Origin: Candidatus Omnitrophota bacterium
Lineage (GTDB): Bacteria; Omnitrophota; Gorgyraeia; Zapsychrales; Zapsychraceae
DNA length: 64,000 bases
NCBI GenBank assembly: GCA_050250375.1
Contig: JBFWOS010000003.1
Span: 209,284-273,283 of the forward strand
Direction: 5' to 3'
Shown here: piece by piece, positions 11,403 through 20,498 of the stretch
Layout: every line of letters starts with the position of its first letter
Position numbering within the stretch: position 1 is the stretch's first letter
Made by a program: the position numbers and the translations under genes
The notes under the pieces: generated by a model
The model's database searches: none
Told to the model about the DNA's origin: nothing
Seen by the model: the letters and a program-made list of their open reading frames with translations, nothing else

Positions 11403-13936
11403 TATCCGTCTCCCATCATCGGCTTATGGTTTGAAACCTCTTCCAGAATAAGCGGTTTGATTTGACCACGTTCTTCGGTAAATTGTATGGTTGTATCTGT
11501 ATCAGGCGAATTGACAAAAGGCCGAAACCTTTTCAACTTTTCCGGATCATCTAACGCCTCCGACCATTCACATTTATAAGTATCCACCTGATATTGCATC
11601 TCCGCTTCCAATTCAGCACAAATTCCCAAACAGTCATCAATAATAATTTCTTTGAGCCGGTCAATCCCGCCTTCAAACTTATTTAACCATGTTGCCGTGC
11701 GAGTTAATCTATCTGCTGTCCGGATGTAATACATCAAGAATCGGTCAATATATTTGATCAATGTGGTCTCATCCAAGTCTTCAGCAAACAGTCTGGCGTG
11801 CTGGGGCTTCATTCCGCCGTTACCGCACAGATAAAGGTTATACCCTTTATCTGTGGCAATAACGCCGAAATCTTTGCTCTGCGCTTCAGCACATTCGCGG
11901 GAACAACCTGAAACGGCCGATTTAATTTTGTGCGGAGCCCTTAATCCTTTATACCGGTTTTCGATTCTGATCGCCAAACCGACGCTGTCCTGGACTCCGA
12001 ACCGGCACCAGGTTGACCCCACACAGGATTTTACTGTGCGCAAAGCCTTGGCATATGCATGGCCGCTTTCAAGCCCGACCTCTTGTAATTTCTTCCAAAT
12101 CTTTGGCAATTGTTCCAATTTAGCCCCGAACATGTCGATTCTCTGTCCACCCGTAATTTTGGTGTAAAGGTTAAACTCTTTGGCCACCGCCCCAATAGCC
12201 ATCAACTGGTCGGGAGTAATCTCTCCTCCGGGAATTCTTGGGATCACAGAATAAGATCCATTCTTCTGTATATTGGCCAAAAAATGATCGTTTGAATCCT
12301 GGATATCTTGATGCTTCAAAACAAATTCGTTTTGATAGCTGGCCAGGATGGAAGCAACGGCCGGTTTACAAATTTCACATCCCCGTCCTTTTCCATACCG
12401 CCCCAAGACCTCCCAATAACTCCTGATCTTTTCCGTACGGATGATTTCAGCCAATTCAATCCGGGAATAACTAAAACATCCGCACATGGATTTATTGACA
12501 GTTCCCCCGGATTTCTTGACTTCAAGATTAATAATATCGGTAATTAACGGAACACATCCCCCGCATCCGGTCCCGGCCTTGGTGCATTTCTTTATGTCGG
12601 CTACTGTTTTGGAACCATTTTTATACGCCTCAATAATCTGGCCTTTGGTGATATTTTCACATGAACAGATTCCTGCCGTGTCTGGAAAGGCCGCAACCCC
12701 GCTGTCTTCCGAGGAAGATTTCAGTTGGATCAATAAAGACTCCGGTGAATCGGGAACCTTAATCTGCGCCTGACAAATTTGTAATAACTTTCCGTATTCA
12801 GACGCATCCCCGATCAGAATCCCGCCAATGAGAGTTTTAGAATTTTTATCAATTAATAATCTTTTGTAAATACCCCCTAATCCGTTATGGATCATGACAT
12901 TCACAATGTCATTTCCTTCAGCAAACGGATTTCCGAAACTTCCGACATCAACCCCCATCAACTTAAGTTTTGTTGACATGTCCGCTCCGGTAAATTCATT
13001 CGTTTCACCGGTCAATTGACTGGCGACGACATCCGCCATTTTGTACCCCGGGGCAATAAGTCCATACACCATCCCTTCATAGACGGCGCATTCTCCGATC
13101 GCGTAGATATCCTCCGCTGAAGTTTTCAATTGTGAATCCACTAAGATCCCGCCCCGTTCCCCAACCTTAATTCCATTGGACTTGGCAATATCGTCTCTTG
13201 GACGAATCCCGGCCGAAACAACGATCATATCCACCTTCAACACTTGTCCGTCTGCAAAGACGATTCCATCCACACAATCATTACCGGAGACTTCTTTCGT
13301 CGTCTTGTTCAAATGAACTTCAATCCCTAATTTTTCAATCTGTCTTTGCAAAAATTCTGAACCGGTCTGATCAACCTGTCGGGGCATCAACCGGGGATTA
13401 AATTCGATCACGTTCGTATTTAACTTAAGATCCAGTAAGGCCTTGGCTGCCTCCAGCCCCAAAAGACCGCCACCGATCACAGCCGCGGATTTAACATTCT
13501 TGGCGTATTCAATGATGGCATCCAGGTCTTCAATCGTCCTATAGACGAATACGCCCTGCTTGTTTATCCCGGGGACAGGGGGGACAAACGGTGTTGAACC
13601 GGTGGCCAGAACCAGTTTGTCGTATTCAAGCTTCTTTCCTTTATCCGAGATGATAAATTTCTCAACCGGATTAATGGTTGTCACCTTCTCATTGACATAC
13701 AGATCCACTCCGTTTTCCTCATACCAGGAAAATGGCGCCATTGTCAGTTCTTCAAGAGTCTTACCGCTGAAATAGGCGGTTAAATTAACCCGATCATAAG
13801 CCGGACGGGGCTCTTCTCCAAAAACAGTAACCCGGTATTGGTTCAGTTTGTCTTTATTGATAAGCTTCTCACAAAACTTGTACCCGACCATGCCGTTACC
13901 AACGACAATTATTCTCTTTCGGATTTGGTTAATCAT
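11402..13936 (-). CDS. nirB: Nitrite reductase (NADH) large subunit
   Basis: FAD/NAD motifs VVGNGMVG and IGGGLLGLEAA; BFD-type AGTGCGGC; siroheme/4Fe-4S motifs KSCVGSTWCRFG and SGCSRECAEA. Confidence 0.95.
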   Translation of the reverse strand: MINQIRKRIIVVGNGMVGYKFCEKLINKDKLNQYRVTVFGEEPRPAYDRVNLTAYFSGKTLEELTMAPFSWYEENGVDLYVNEKVTTINPVEKFIISDKGKKLEYDKLVLATGSTPFVPPVPGINKQGVFVYRTIEDLDAIIEYAKNVKSAAVIGGGLLGLEAAKALLDLKLNTNVIEFNPRLMPRQVDQTGSEFLQRQIEKLGIEVHLNKTTKEVSGNDCVDGIVFADGQVLKVDMIVVSAGIRPRDDIAKSNGIKVGERGGILVDSQLKTSAEDIYAIGECAVYEGMVYGLIAPGYKMADVVASQLTGETNEFTGADMSTKLKLMGVDVGSFGNPFAEGNDIVNVMIHNGLGGIYKRLLIDKNSKTLIGGILIGDASEYGKLLQICQAQIKVPDSPESLLIQLKSSSEDSGVAAFPDTAGICSCENITKGQIIEAYKNGSKTVADIKKCTKAGTGCGGCVPLITDIINLEVKKSGGTVNKSMCGCFSYSRIELAEIIRTEKIRSYWEVLGRYGKGRGCEICKPAVASILASYQNEFVLKHQDIQDSNDHFLANIQKNGSYSVIPRIPGGEITPDQLMAIGAVAKEFNLYTKITGGQRIDMFGAKLEQLPKIWKKLQEVGLESGHAYAKALRTVKSCVGSTWCRFGVQDSVGLAIRIENRYKGLRAPHKIKSAVSGCSRECAEAQSKDFGVIATDKGYNLYLCGNGGMKPQHARLFAEDLDETTLIKYIDRFLMYYIRTADRLTRTATWLNKFEGGIDRLKEIIIDDCLGICAELEAEMQYQVDTYKCEWSEALDDPEKLKRFRPFVNSPDTDTTIQFTEERGQIKPLILEEVSNHKPMMGDG

Positions 13937-13960
13937 GGATCAAACTCCTTCTGAAGACAT

Positions 13961-14003
13961 AAAAAAAGCCCCAGATCCGGCCTTATTAAGGCAAATCTAG
14001 AGC
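13961..14003 (-). terminator. Leader terminator T2 upstream of nirB
   Basis: GCUCUAGAUUUGCC-UUAAUAA-GGCCGGAUCUGGGGC followed by U7. Confidence 0.78.
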
Positions 14004-14029
14004 ATCTATGCTGCGGACAATGTACTTAT

Positions 14030-14068
14030 AAAAAAGCCCAAATCTCCCGTTTTTCGGGTGATTCGGGC
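14030..14068 (-). terminator. Leader terminator T1 upstream of nirB
   Basis: GCCCGAAUCACCCG-AAAAA-CGGGAGAUUUGGGC followed by U6. Confidence 0.8.
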
Positions 14069-14149
14069 GTCATTGTCCCTTAATTTCTTTCACTGAAATC
14101 TGATGCAAGCAACATCTTTGCTGCTTCCATCGGTTGTAATAACATTCAA

Positions 14150-14177
14150 AGTATATATCATTTATCTATTTGGTCAA
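14150..14177 (-). promoter_or_regulatory. sigma70-type promoter of the nirB leader
   Basis: TTGACC-N16-TATACT about 25 nt upstream of the first hairpin. Confidence 0.6.
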
Positions 14178-14265
14178 TACTCTATCGTGCATCCTTAACC
14201 ACCGTCGTGAATCCGAAAAACCTGACTCTATATACCTATGCCAAATAGGCATACAAGCCAGGGCC

Positions 14266-15117
14266 TTACGCAACCTCCATGGACTTAAGATAAGCAACCA
14301 GATCCGTATTCTCTTTTGAAATCTTAAGTTTTTTTCGGATATGGTTTCTATGATTATCTATGGTTCGAATTGATGCGTTCAGTATATCGGCAATCTCCTT
14401 ACTGGTATGTCCTTGTTTGATCATATTGCATATTTCAATCTCTCTTTGGGAGAGATCCAAATCGCGGCCGGATACTTTTGTCCCAAATCCGGAGGTAATT
14501 GTCTCAAGATTTTTTTCTAACATTTCTATATGACGCCTGTCAATGGGACTGCCTTTTCTCTTCAACTTTTCCACCAGGGGCCAGACAAGCTGGTTGAGAT
14601 TATTGCGAATATGATCTTTGATCCTGTTTTTTTCGATTTCGAGCTCGATTAAAAGTTGATTTAATACGAGGTTCTTTTGTTCAAGTATCTTTTTCTGATG
14701 AATCAGTTCCCGTTCTGCATCTGAAAACATGGACTTATTTTTAATTTCTTCTTTTCGGGAGACAAAAAACATGACGCCTCTTGTATTTAAAAGTTGACCC
14801 TTGTCATCAAAATGTGCTGAAGCATTAAGAATTACATCAATCTGATGCCCCTTTTTATGCACGAGTGTATAGTGCAGATTGTCAACTTTTCCTTTTTCAT
14901 GGATATCCTTCCAATGCTGTTCAAACTGGGTCCTTTGCTCCTCAATAATCAAATCCGACCATTCTTTGCGATTGATGATTTCATCCCGGGCATACCCCAG
15001 CATATCCAACTCGGTTTGATTCATATAAATAATCTTGCGGTTGGGTCCAAAGGCGTGTAAACCAATGGGTGAATTTTCGAAACAATCACCTAGGTATTGA
15101 TCGTCCAGATTGTTCAT
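14266..15117 (-). CDS. PAS domain / LuxR-type HTH transcriptional regulator
   Basis: N-terminal PAS (FENSPIG...YMNQTELDMLGY...KKGHQIDV), coiled coil, C-terminal LSQREIEICNMIKQGHTSKEIADILNASIRTIDNHRNHIRKKL. Confidence 0.9.
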   Translation of the reverse strand: MNNLDDQYLGDCFENSPIGLHAFGPNRKIIYMNQTELDMLGYARDEIINRKEWSDLIIEEQRTQFEQHWKDIHEKGKVDNLHYTLVHKKGHQIDVILNASAHFDDKGQLLNTRGVMFFVSRKEEIKNKSMFSDAERELIHQKKILEQKNLVLNQLLIELEIEKNRIKDHIRNNLNQLVWPLVEKLKRKGSPIDRRHIEMLEKNLETITSGFGTKVSGRDLDLSQREIEICNMIKQGHTSKEIADILNASIRTIDNHRNHIRKKLKISKENTDLVAYLKSMEVA

Positions 15118-15144
15118 GATTGAAAACCTTCCGTTTTATCCAAT

Positions 15145-15237
15145 AAAAAAACCCAACCCTCTTTAATTTCTAGAGAATTGGGCTTCATTGTCCTATTTAT
15201 TCTGCCTTGAATCTATTAACGACGCCTTTGTCGTTAA
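15145..15237 (-). promoter_or_regulatory. ANTAR-type antitermination leader of the PAS-LuxR gene
   Basis: UUAACGAC-AAAGGC-GUCGUUAA (15237-15216), AUUC-AAGGCA-GAAU, and GGAC-AAUGAA-GCC (15193-15181), the last overlapping terminator GCCCAAUUCUCU...AGAGGGUUGGGU-U tract. Confidence 0.78.
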
Positions 15238-15258
15238 CTCAGACTTACTATGTTTTTA

Positions 15259-15286
15259 AGTATAATCAGATTTTCTGATTTGTCAA
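15259..15286 (-). promoter_or_regulatory. sigma70-type promoter with palindromic operator in the spacer
   Basis: TTGACA-N16-TATACT; the spacer is the perfect inverted repeat AATCAGA-N3-TCTGATT (15264-15280). Confidence 0.7.
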
Positions 15287-15307
15287 GATGTTGCCTTTCA
15301 AATCCGT

Positions 15308-15505
15308 TTAAAGGTTTGGCCCGTGCCCTCCCCAATCAGCAGATATTTGTCTGGCTTTGACGATAAACGCCCCCTGAAGACGCTGTGGATCATATCCCAC
15401 CTTAATCAATGCCTGTTCCAGTAAATCAATGGCTTCGCAGATATCCACGATTGTTTCGTCTTCCAGGGTGATTTTATGCCCTTCATGTTCAATGGTTATT
15501 TTCAT
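15308..15505 (-). CDS. Hypothetical protein (65 aa)
   Basis: Starts 1 nt after the lgt stop; last gene of the operon; no recognised motif. Confidence 0.6.
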   Translation of the reverse strand: MKITIEHEGHKITLEDETIVDICEAIDLLEQALIKVGYDPQRLQGAFIVKARQISADWGGHGPNL

Positions 15506-15506
15506 T

Positions 15507-16346
15507 CTAACCTTTAATCCATTTTGGTTTTGTCAAAAAAATTATAACGGGAATTACAACCATAAATGCAGATAAGATCTGCCCCATGGATAAACTAAGC
15601 GTGATAAATCCCAAATGTTCATCCGGTTGGCGGACAAATTCAATAAGGAATCTGACAAACCCGTAACCGAATAGATATATAAAAAACAGATACCCTTTAC
15701 AACTTTCCTTATTTCTCAAAGTCCACAGGATTAAAAACAACACAATCCCTTCAAAAAACGCTTCATAAAGCTGTGAAGGATGCCGCAGATCATAGGTTGG
15801 TGCCCACGGGAAATACATACCCCAGGGAACTTGTGTCACCCTCCCCCATAACTCACCATTCAGAAAATTCCCAATCCGCCCGCAAGTATACCCCAAAGGA
15901 ACAGCTGGTATAAAAAAATCGACAAATGACCAAAATTGGAATTTGCATTTCTTGCAAAACAACACCGTTGCTATAAGCACCCCGACTAACCCGCCGTGAT
16001 AAGACAGACCGCTGATCCCGACGATGCTGATACCGTCAACTTTTCTAAACGGCCAGAACACTTCCACCGGATGCTGTAAGAAATAACTAAAATCATAGAA
16101 GAATATATACCCGATGCGCCCGCCGATCAAGGCCCCAAGGACAGCCCATACAATATAATCTTCACATTGTTCCCGTGTGTAATTGAATTGCTCTTTTCTG
16201 ATTCTGTATAACAGGACGCCATAAACTACCAAAAAAGACATCAAATACATGATCCCGTAATACCGGATTTGAACAGGGCCGATTTCCAGTAACACTGGAT
16301 TGATATTTTCCGGCAAATGCTGCCACCAATGAATGAATGAATTCAT
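15507..16346 (-). CDS. lgt: Prolipoprotein diacylglyceryl transferase
   Basis: IRYYGIMY, GGRIGY, GLSYHGG, GRIGNFLNGELWGR, RHPSQLYEAFFEG, RFLIEFVRQPD. Confidence 0.96.
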   Translation of the reverse strand: MNSFIHWWQHLPENINPVLLEIGPVQIRYYGIMYLMSFLVVYGVLLYRIRKEQFNYTREQCEDYIVWAVLGALIGGRIGYIFFYDFSYFLQHPVEVFWPFRKVDGISIVGISGLSYHGGLVGVLIATVLFCKKCKFQFWSFVDFFIPAVPLGYTCGRIGNFLNGELWGRVTQVPWGMYFPWAPTYDLRHPSQLYEAFFEGIVLFLILWTLRNKESCKGYLFFIYLFGYGFVRFLIEFVRQPDEHLGFITLSLSMGQILSAFMVVIPVIIFLTKPKWIKG

Positions 16347-16404
16347 AGTTTAAAACTCGGCTCTGAACCTATTCTGGCATTACAACTCTTGAAACGGTTC
16401 CTCA

Positions 16405-16743
16405 TTAGTCTTTTATTTTCTTGTTCAAGTGAGGCAGGCTGGAAGGATCGTTGGATTTTACAAATCTTTTTTCGGTCCCTGTCGCGGTAACATTTTCGTA
16501 AACACCTTTGTCTCGTTTGACCAATTTCGTAAAACCAAGCTCCTTCAAGCGTGAGTCTCCGATGGTAGACTTAACCTGTGGAAAAGCGATCACGCGTTCA
16601 ACCGGGGCATCCGCTTTCGTGTCGCCCAGGTCAATACCGGCCATATTACAAACTTCTCCCCAAGTCTTTAGGTGTGTTTTGATTTCGTGTTTGACCTCTA
16701 CTGTCTTATTGTTTGCTTTGCAAAAATAATCGTAGAACGGCAT
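16405..16743 (-). CDS. FmdB-like zinc-ribbon family protein
   Basis: MPFYDYFC start and LGFTKLVKRDKGVYEN tail. Confidence 0.65.
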   Translation of the reverse strand: MPFYDYFCKANNKTVEVKHEIKTHLKTWGEVCNMAGIDLGDTKADAPVERVIAFPQVKSTIGDSRLKELGFTKLVKRDKGVYENVTATGTEKRFVKSNDPSSLPHLNKKIKD

Positions 16744-16751
16744 AACGTCTC

Positions 16752-17018
16752 CTAAGGCTCAATAACACCCGCCAAAAGGATTAATTCATCCACCAAGAGT
16801 ATTGGAATGTGATCACGGATAGGATAAATGCAACTCCTGTCGCCAACACGAAACAACCCGCCATCAATCGGCTGCTCAACCTTCTGCTGCGATTTGTTGC
16901 GCACACGGCCTTCCTTGATCGCTTGATTAATTTTCGCGACCGTATCCTGGTCGGCCAGTTCAACATCCTTTTTGGTTTCCGGGCAAGCCAAAATATCTAA
17001 TAGGTCTTTATCAATCAT
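16752..17018 (-). CDS. Trm112 family protein
   Basis: LLDILACPETK...YPIRDHIPILLVDE. Confidence 0.85.
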   Translation of the reverse strand: MIDKDLLDILACPETKKDVELADQDTVAKINQAIKEGRVRNKSQQKVEQPIDGGLFRVGDRSCIYPIRDHIPILLVDELILLAGVIEP

Positions 17019-17020
17019 AG

Positions 17021-17449
17021 CTACATGGTCGTGAGCATATAATCCACGACTTTTCCTTCCACTCCTTTTGAACGCAAATAATCAATTTGCTCTATGGTTA
17101 AGTTATAGCGGGATCTGGTACGGATGATTTCATCAATAATGATATTGCTCGGAACACCTTTCTGGGCCATATCCGCTATCTCAACAACGGATAAATAACT
17201 TGAACCGGAACCGGCCCGCTTGTCCATGGCATTTCCGATCAAACCGCCGGTCAATGCGCCCGCAGCTGCACCGATGGCCGCTCCTTCACCTCCATGGTGA
17301 TCATCTTGATGGCCAACAATTCCGCCGATCGCTGCCCCGGTCACAGCCCCGATGGCCGCCCCTCTTTTTGTATCGGTATCAAGTGTTTCACACCCGTAGG
17401 CCAATACGGTCAGAAGCAATGCCAATACTGTCAGTTTTTTCATATTCAT
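17021..17449 (-). CDS. Glycine-zipper lipoprotein
   Basis: Lipobox LAYGC; GAAIGAVTGAAIGG and GAAIGAAAGALTGGLIG zippers. Confidence 0.8.
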   Translation of the reverse strand: MNMKKLTVLALLLTVLAYGCETLDTDTKRGAAIGAVTGAAIGGIVGHQDDHHGGEGAAIGAAAGALTGGLIGNAMDKRAGSGSSYLSVVEIADMAQKGVPSNIIIDEIIRTRSRYNLTIEQIDYLRSKGVEGKVVDYMLTTM

Positions 17450-17517
17450 ACCTCCTGAAAATGTTTGATCAATATAAGTATACTATGATTTTCTAAAATA
17501 GTTTATTTGAAACAAAA

Positions 17518-17952
17518 TTATTGTTTGGATAATGTCCGCAATCGCTCGGCCATGGCAAAAAATCCGTTTCTGCGGTTCGGGCTTAAATGACTTTCCAGCC
17601 CCAATTTTTTAAAGATACCTTCTATATTTACGGCCGAAATTTCAGCGGCCGTTTTTCCATCATAAACGATCTGCATGATGGCAATCAGTCCGTTGACAAT
17701 CATGGCATCACTGTTGGCAATAAAATGAATACTCGGCGGAGTCTCCTGCGTTTGCGTGATCACCATATGAACCGTGCTGATGCACCCGTGAACCCTGTTT
17801 TCTTCGGTCTTGTCGGTTTCCTGGAGCTGCGGTATTTTCTTTCCCATTTCGATAATGAACCGATACCGGTCCTGCCAATTGTCAAGGACCTCAAAATTTT
17901 TATAAAGACGGTTTAAATCCATCTGCACGGCTGTTCCTCTTGTCTGATCCAT
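17518..17952 (-). CDS. sufE: SufE family sulfur-acceptor protein
   Basis: WQDRYRFIIEMGK, NRVHGCIS, SDAMIVNGL, LSPNRRNG. Confidence 0.9.
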   Translation of the reverse strand: MDQTRGTAVQMDLNRLYKNFEVLDNWQDRYRFIIEMGKKIPQLQETDKTEENRVHGCISTVHMVITQTQETPPSIHFIANSDAMIVNGLIAIMQIVYDGKTAAEISAVNIEGIFKKLGLESHLSPNRRNGFFAMAERLRTLSKQ

Positions 17953-17954
17953 TT

Positions 17955-18500
17955 TTAAATGATTTCAGCGGTCTGTTTGTTTTTTTGAAAATCCTTATAA
18001 AGCAGGCTGGGCTGGACACCGGTGTTATTTTGGTACTTATCACTTTGATATTTTTCAAAATCACCTTCAATGGCGTGATAAAAAATCTGGCATATTTCAA
18101 CCCCCGGATAAATACGGATCGGTTTTACACAAAACATCTCAAGGGTCCAATAACCGGAAAACCCGACGTCACCGAAACCGGCGGTAACATGGACAAAAAG
18201 TCCCAACCGTCCGATGGATGAACGACCCTCCAGCATCGGGACACAATTGTCCGTTTTTGTATGCTCAATCGTCCTTCCTAAATAAAGCTGTCCGCACTCC
18301 AGTTGCAGTCCTTCTTCCGGAATAATTATTTCGTTCACCTTGTTTTCTTTCTTCATATCCAGGACGTTTTGCTGGTATACAAGCACTTTGTTATGCAGCC
18401 TGAGATTATAACTGTTCGTGTTTAACTGATCCTCATTAAACGGATCAATAAAAATGTCTTTGCCCAATCTTTTTTTAATTTCCAAACCAGATAGGATCAT
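17955..18500 (-). CDS. dcd: dCTP deaminase
   Basis: NSYNLRL, EGRSSIGRLGLFVHVTAGFGDVGFSGYWTLE, KYQN. Confidence 0.92.
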   Translation of the reverse strand: MILSGLEIKKRLGKDIFIDPFNEDQLNTNSYNLRLHNKVLVYQQNVLDMKKENKVNEIIIPEEGLQLECGQLYLGRTIEHTKTDNCVPMLEGRSSIGRLGLFVHVTAGFGDVGFSGYWTLEMFCVKPIRIYPGVEICQIFYHAIEGDFEKYQSDKYQNNTGVQPSLLYKDFQKNKQTAEII

Positions 18501-18515
18501 GGATTCTTTCCTTTC

Positions 18516-19046
18516 TCAGCGAAGAAGTTCCCAAGCCAGATGTTTTAATTCCTTCTCGATCAATTTCTCCCAGGCCAGTTGAACGGCATTGGGTGAGCCG
18601 GGGATGGATATAATGATTTTATTTCTGTAAACTCCCGCAATGGCGCGCGAAAGCATGGCTGCTGAACCAACTTCCTGATAACTTAGCATCCGGAAGAGTT
18701 CTCCGAAACCCGGCAGAGTCTTTTCCAGTTTTCCGGCCAATACGTCAAACGTACGGTCACGGCTGGCAATCCCGGTTCCGCCGTTAAATATAATGACCCG
18801 GACAGGCGTATTCACCAGCTTTTCAAGAACGTCTTCGATTTCTTTCGGTTCATCGTGAACAATGTAATAATCCATCAGACGATGCCGGACATTATCCATT
18901 TTTTCCCGGAAGTATTGTGCGTTCTGATCCGTCTGGGGAGTCCGTGTGTCGCTCACCGTTACAAGACTTATACTGACCGATTCCTGTTTCGACGCTTGCT
19001 GTCTGTGGTCATTAACGGATGAAGAGTTGGCCTTATCCCTAGACAT
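18516..19046 (-). CDS. moaB: Molybdenum cofactor biosynthesis protein MoaB/MogA family
   Basis: [40 protein letters not shown]. Confidence 0.88.
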   Translation of the reverse strand: MSRDKANSSSVNDHRQQASKQESVSISLVTVSDTRTPQTDQNAQYFREKMDNVRHRLMDYYIVHDEPKEIEDVLEKLVNTPVRVIIFNGGTGIASRDRTFDVLAGKLEKTLPGFGELFRMLSYQEVGSAAMLSRAIAGVYRNKIIISIPGSPNAVQLAWEKLIEKELKHLAWELLR

Positions 19047-19050
19047 AAAA

Positions 19051-20037
19051 TTATTTTAAACCGCCGGAATGGTTCTTACGAATGACGGCGACCGCATTGT
19101 GACTATGCAATGATTCCCAGTGCTCAACACTGGCAACCCAATCGATAATCTTTTCTTCAGAATTGAGGACTTCGCTTAATCGCCGCGTGGCATGCTCGAC
19201 AAACATCGGGTTCTGCGCGTTTAATATGGCAAAAGCCTGCTCATCAATCCGTTTGACAAAACTTTGTGTTTCTGTCGGAATCGCATTCCTCAAGAGCAGG
19301 ACCAGGTCCTCAACAAAAAAATTGTCGATGTCCTTTATTTCAACGGTTACTCTGGCCTCTGAACGCTGGCTGTGCGGAACAGCCATCCCGTTACCTTCTG
19401 TAATTTTTTTCTTGGAATGCTCGTATTCGTATTGTTTTGACATCGACAAACTGCATGGGCAAGTTGAGGAATACTCATAATGGACCGTCAGAAAAAGACG
19501 CAACTTTCCCTGGTCATCCTGTCCTTCAAGAATACAGTTATAGTACTGCCAGCCCCAGTAATCGCTTTTTAAAGCCTGTTGTTTCAGGGCATATTTAAAT
19601 CTCAGCTTCAAATAAGACTTCTTGAAGAGCGGGTCTTTTTCAATATCCCGCATATCTCGACGATAACGTCCTAATAATTTTTTGAAAAACTCGGTACAAA
19701 CATGTGTGTTGGCCGCTTCTTCCTGAAGAATCTGGTAAAGCCGGCTCATGTTAATCCCGGCCTTTCCTTTGGGGAAATGAATATACATACTGGCTTCAGT
19801 ATCATGGTTGATCAGGTTACCCTCTGCATTTTTATAATTCAAAGGGATACGAAAACGGTTGATGCCGACTTTATCTATATCAATCCCGAACAAGTCCGGC
19901 AATTGATGAAAGTCATTCAAACCTGTTTCATCTTTACTTTCACATTCCAATATACGATCTTCCGACCGGGTCAATGATTGATCCATTGTTTTCTCCTTAT
20001 CCGATAAAACCTTAATCTTTCGTGTACGTTTCTTCAA
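19051..20037 (-). CDS. folE2: GTP cyclohydrolase IB
   Basis: [50 protein letters not shown]. Confidence 0.9.
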   Translation of the reverse strand: MKKRTRKIKVLSDKEKTMDQSLTRSEDRILECESKDETGLNDFHQLPDLFGIDIDKVGINRFRIPLNYKNAEGNLINHDTEASMYIHFPKGKAGINMSRLYQILQEEAANTHVCTEFFKKLLGRYRRDMRDIEKDPLFKKSYLKLRFKYALKQQALKSDYWGWQYYNCILEGQDDQGKLRLFLTVHYEYSSTCPCSLSMSKQYEYEHSKKKITEGNGMAVPHSQRSEARVTVEIKDIDNFFVEDLVLLLRNAIPTETQSFVKRIDEQAFAILNAQNPMFVEHATRRLSEVLNSEEKIIDWVASVEHWESLHSHNAVAVIRKNHSGGLK

Positions 20038-20495
20038 CCGTAAAATGTCACCTTGTGATCGATTAGGTTGCCATCTTTATAACAAAACTTGGCTGAAAAG
20101 AATTGATTCCTGTCCAGCCACGTTAGAAACATTTTATCACCTTCCCATAAATATAAATCCAGAAGGTCTTTGTCATTTATCCACTTAAGTTCACCTTCAT
20201 TGCATTCTGTCATCTCACCGCTGAAATCTTCAGCTGTAAATAAAAAAACCAGCCAATCTTCTTTATCCTTAAACTCCGGAAAGGTCATGACTGCCCTCAA
20301 GCGGGGAGAATGAATATCTAAGCCTGATTCTTCTTTGACTTCCCGGATAACACATTCTTCCGGAGTTTCCCCAGGGAGAAACTTACCGCCCAAACCATTG
20401 TACTTGCCTTTATGGACATCCGAATCTTTCTTCACTCGATGCAACATAAGGGTTTTGCCGTCTTTTCTCAAATAACAAAGCGTTGATGCGAGCAT
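20034..20495 (-). CDS. Nudix hydrolase, 8-oxo-dGTP diphosphatase-like
   Basis: Nudix box GLGGKFLPGETPEECVIREVKEESGL; NEGELKW; LWEGD. Confidence 0.9.
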   Translation of the reverse strand: MLASTLCYLRKDGKTLMLHRVKKDSDVHKGKYNGLGGKFLPGETPEECVIREVKEESGLDIHSPRLRAVMTFPEFKDKEDWLVFLFTAEDFSGEMTECNEGELKWINDKDLLDLYLWEGDKMFLTWLDRNQFFSAKFCYKDGNLIDHKVTFYG

Positions 20496-20498
20496 AAA

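Larger units (their letters stand above)
13961..14126 (-). promoter_or_regulatory. ANTAR-type antitermination leader of the nirB operon with two intrinsic terminators
   Basis: RNA hairpins AAGCAGC-AAAGAU-GUUGCUU (14126-14107), GGGAC-AAUGAC-GCCC (14079-14065) and AGC-AUAGAU-GCU (14012-14001), all hexaloops with A1/G4. The last two overlap the 5' arms of terminators T1 and T2. Confidence 0.8.

Noticed and set aside
14266-15117. PAS regulator as the ANTAR antiterminator itself
   Set aside because: The C-terminus is a clear LuxR HTH with no ANTAR (AKGxLM-type) signature; the antiterminator must be encoded elsewhere.
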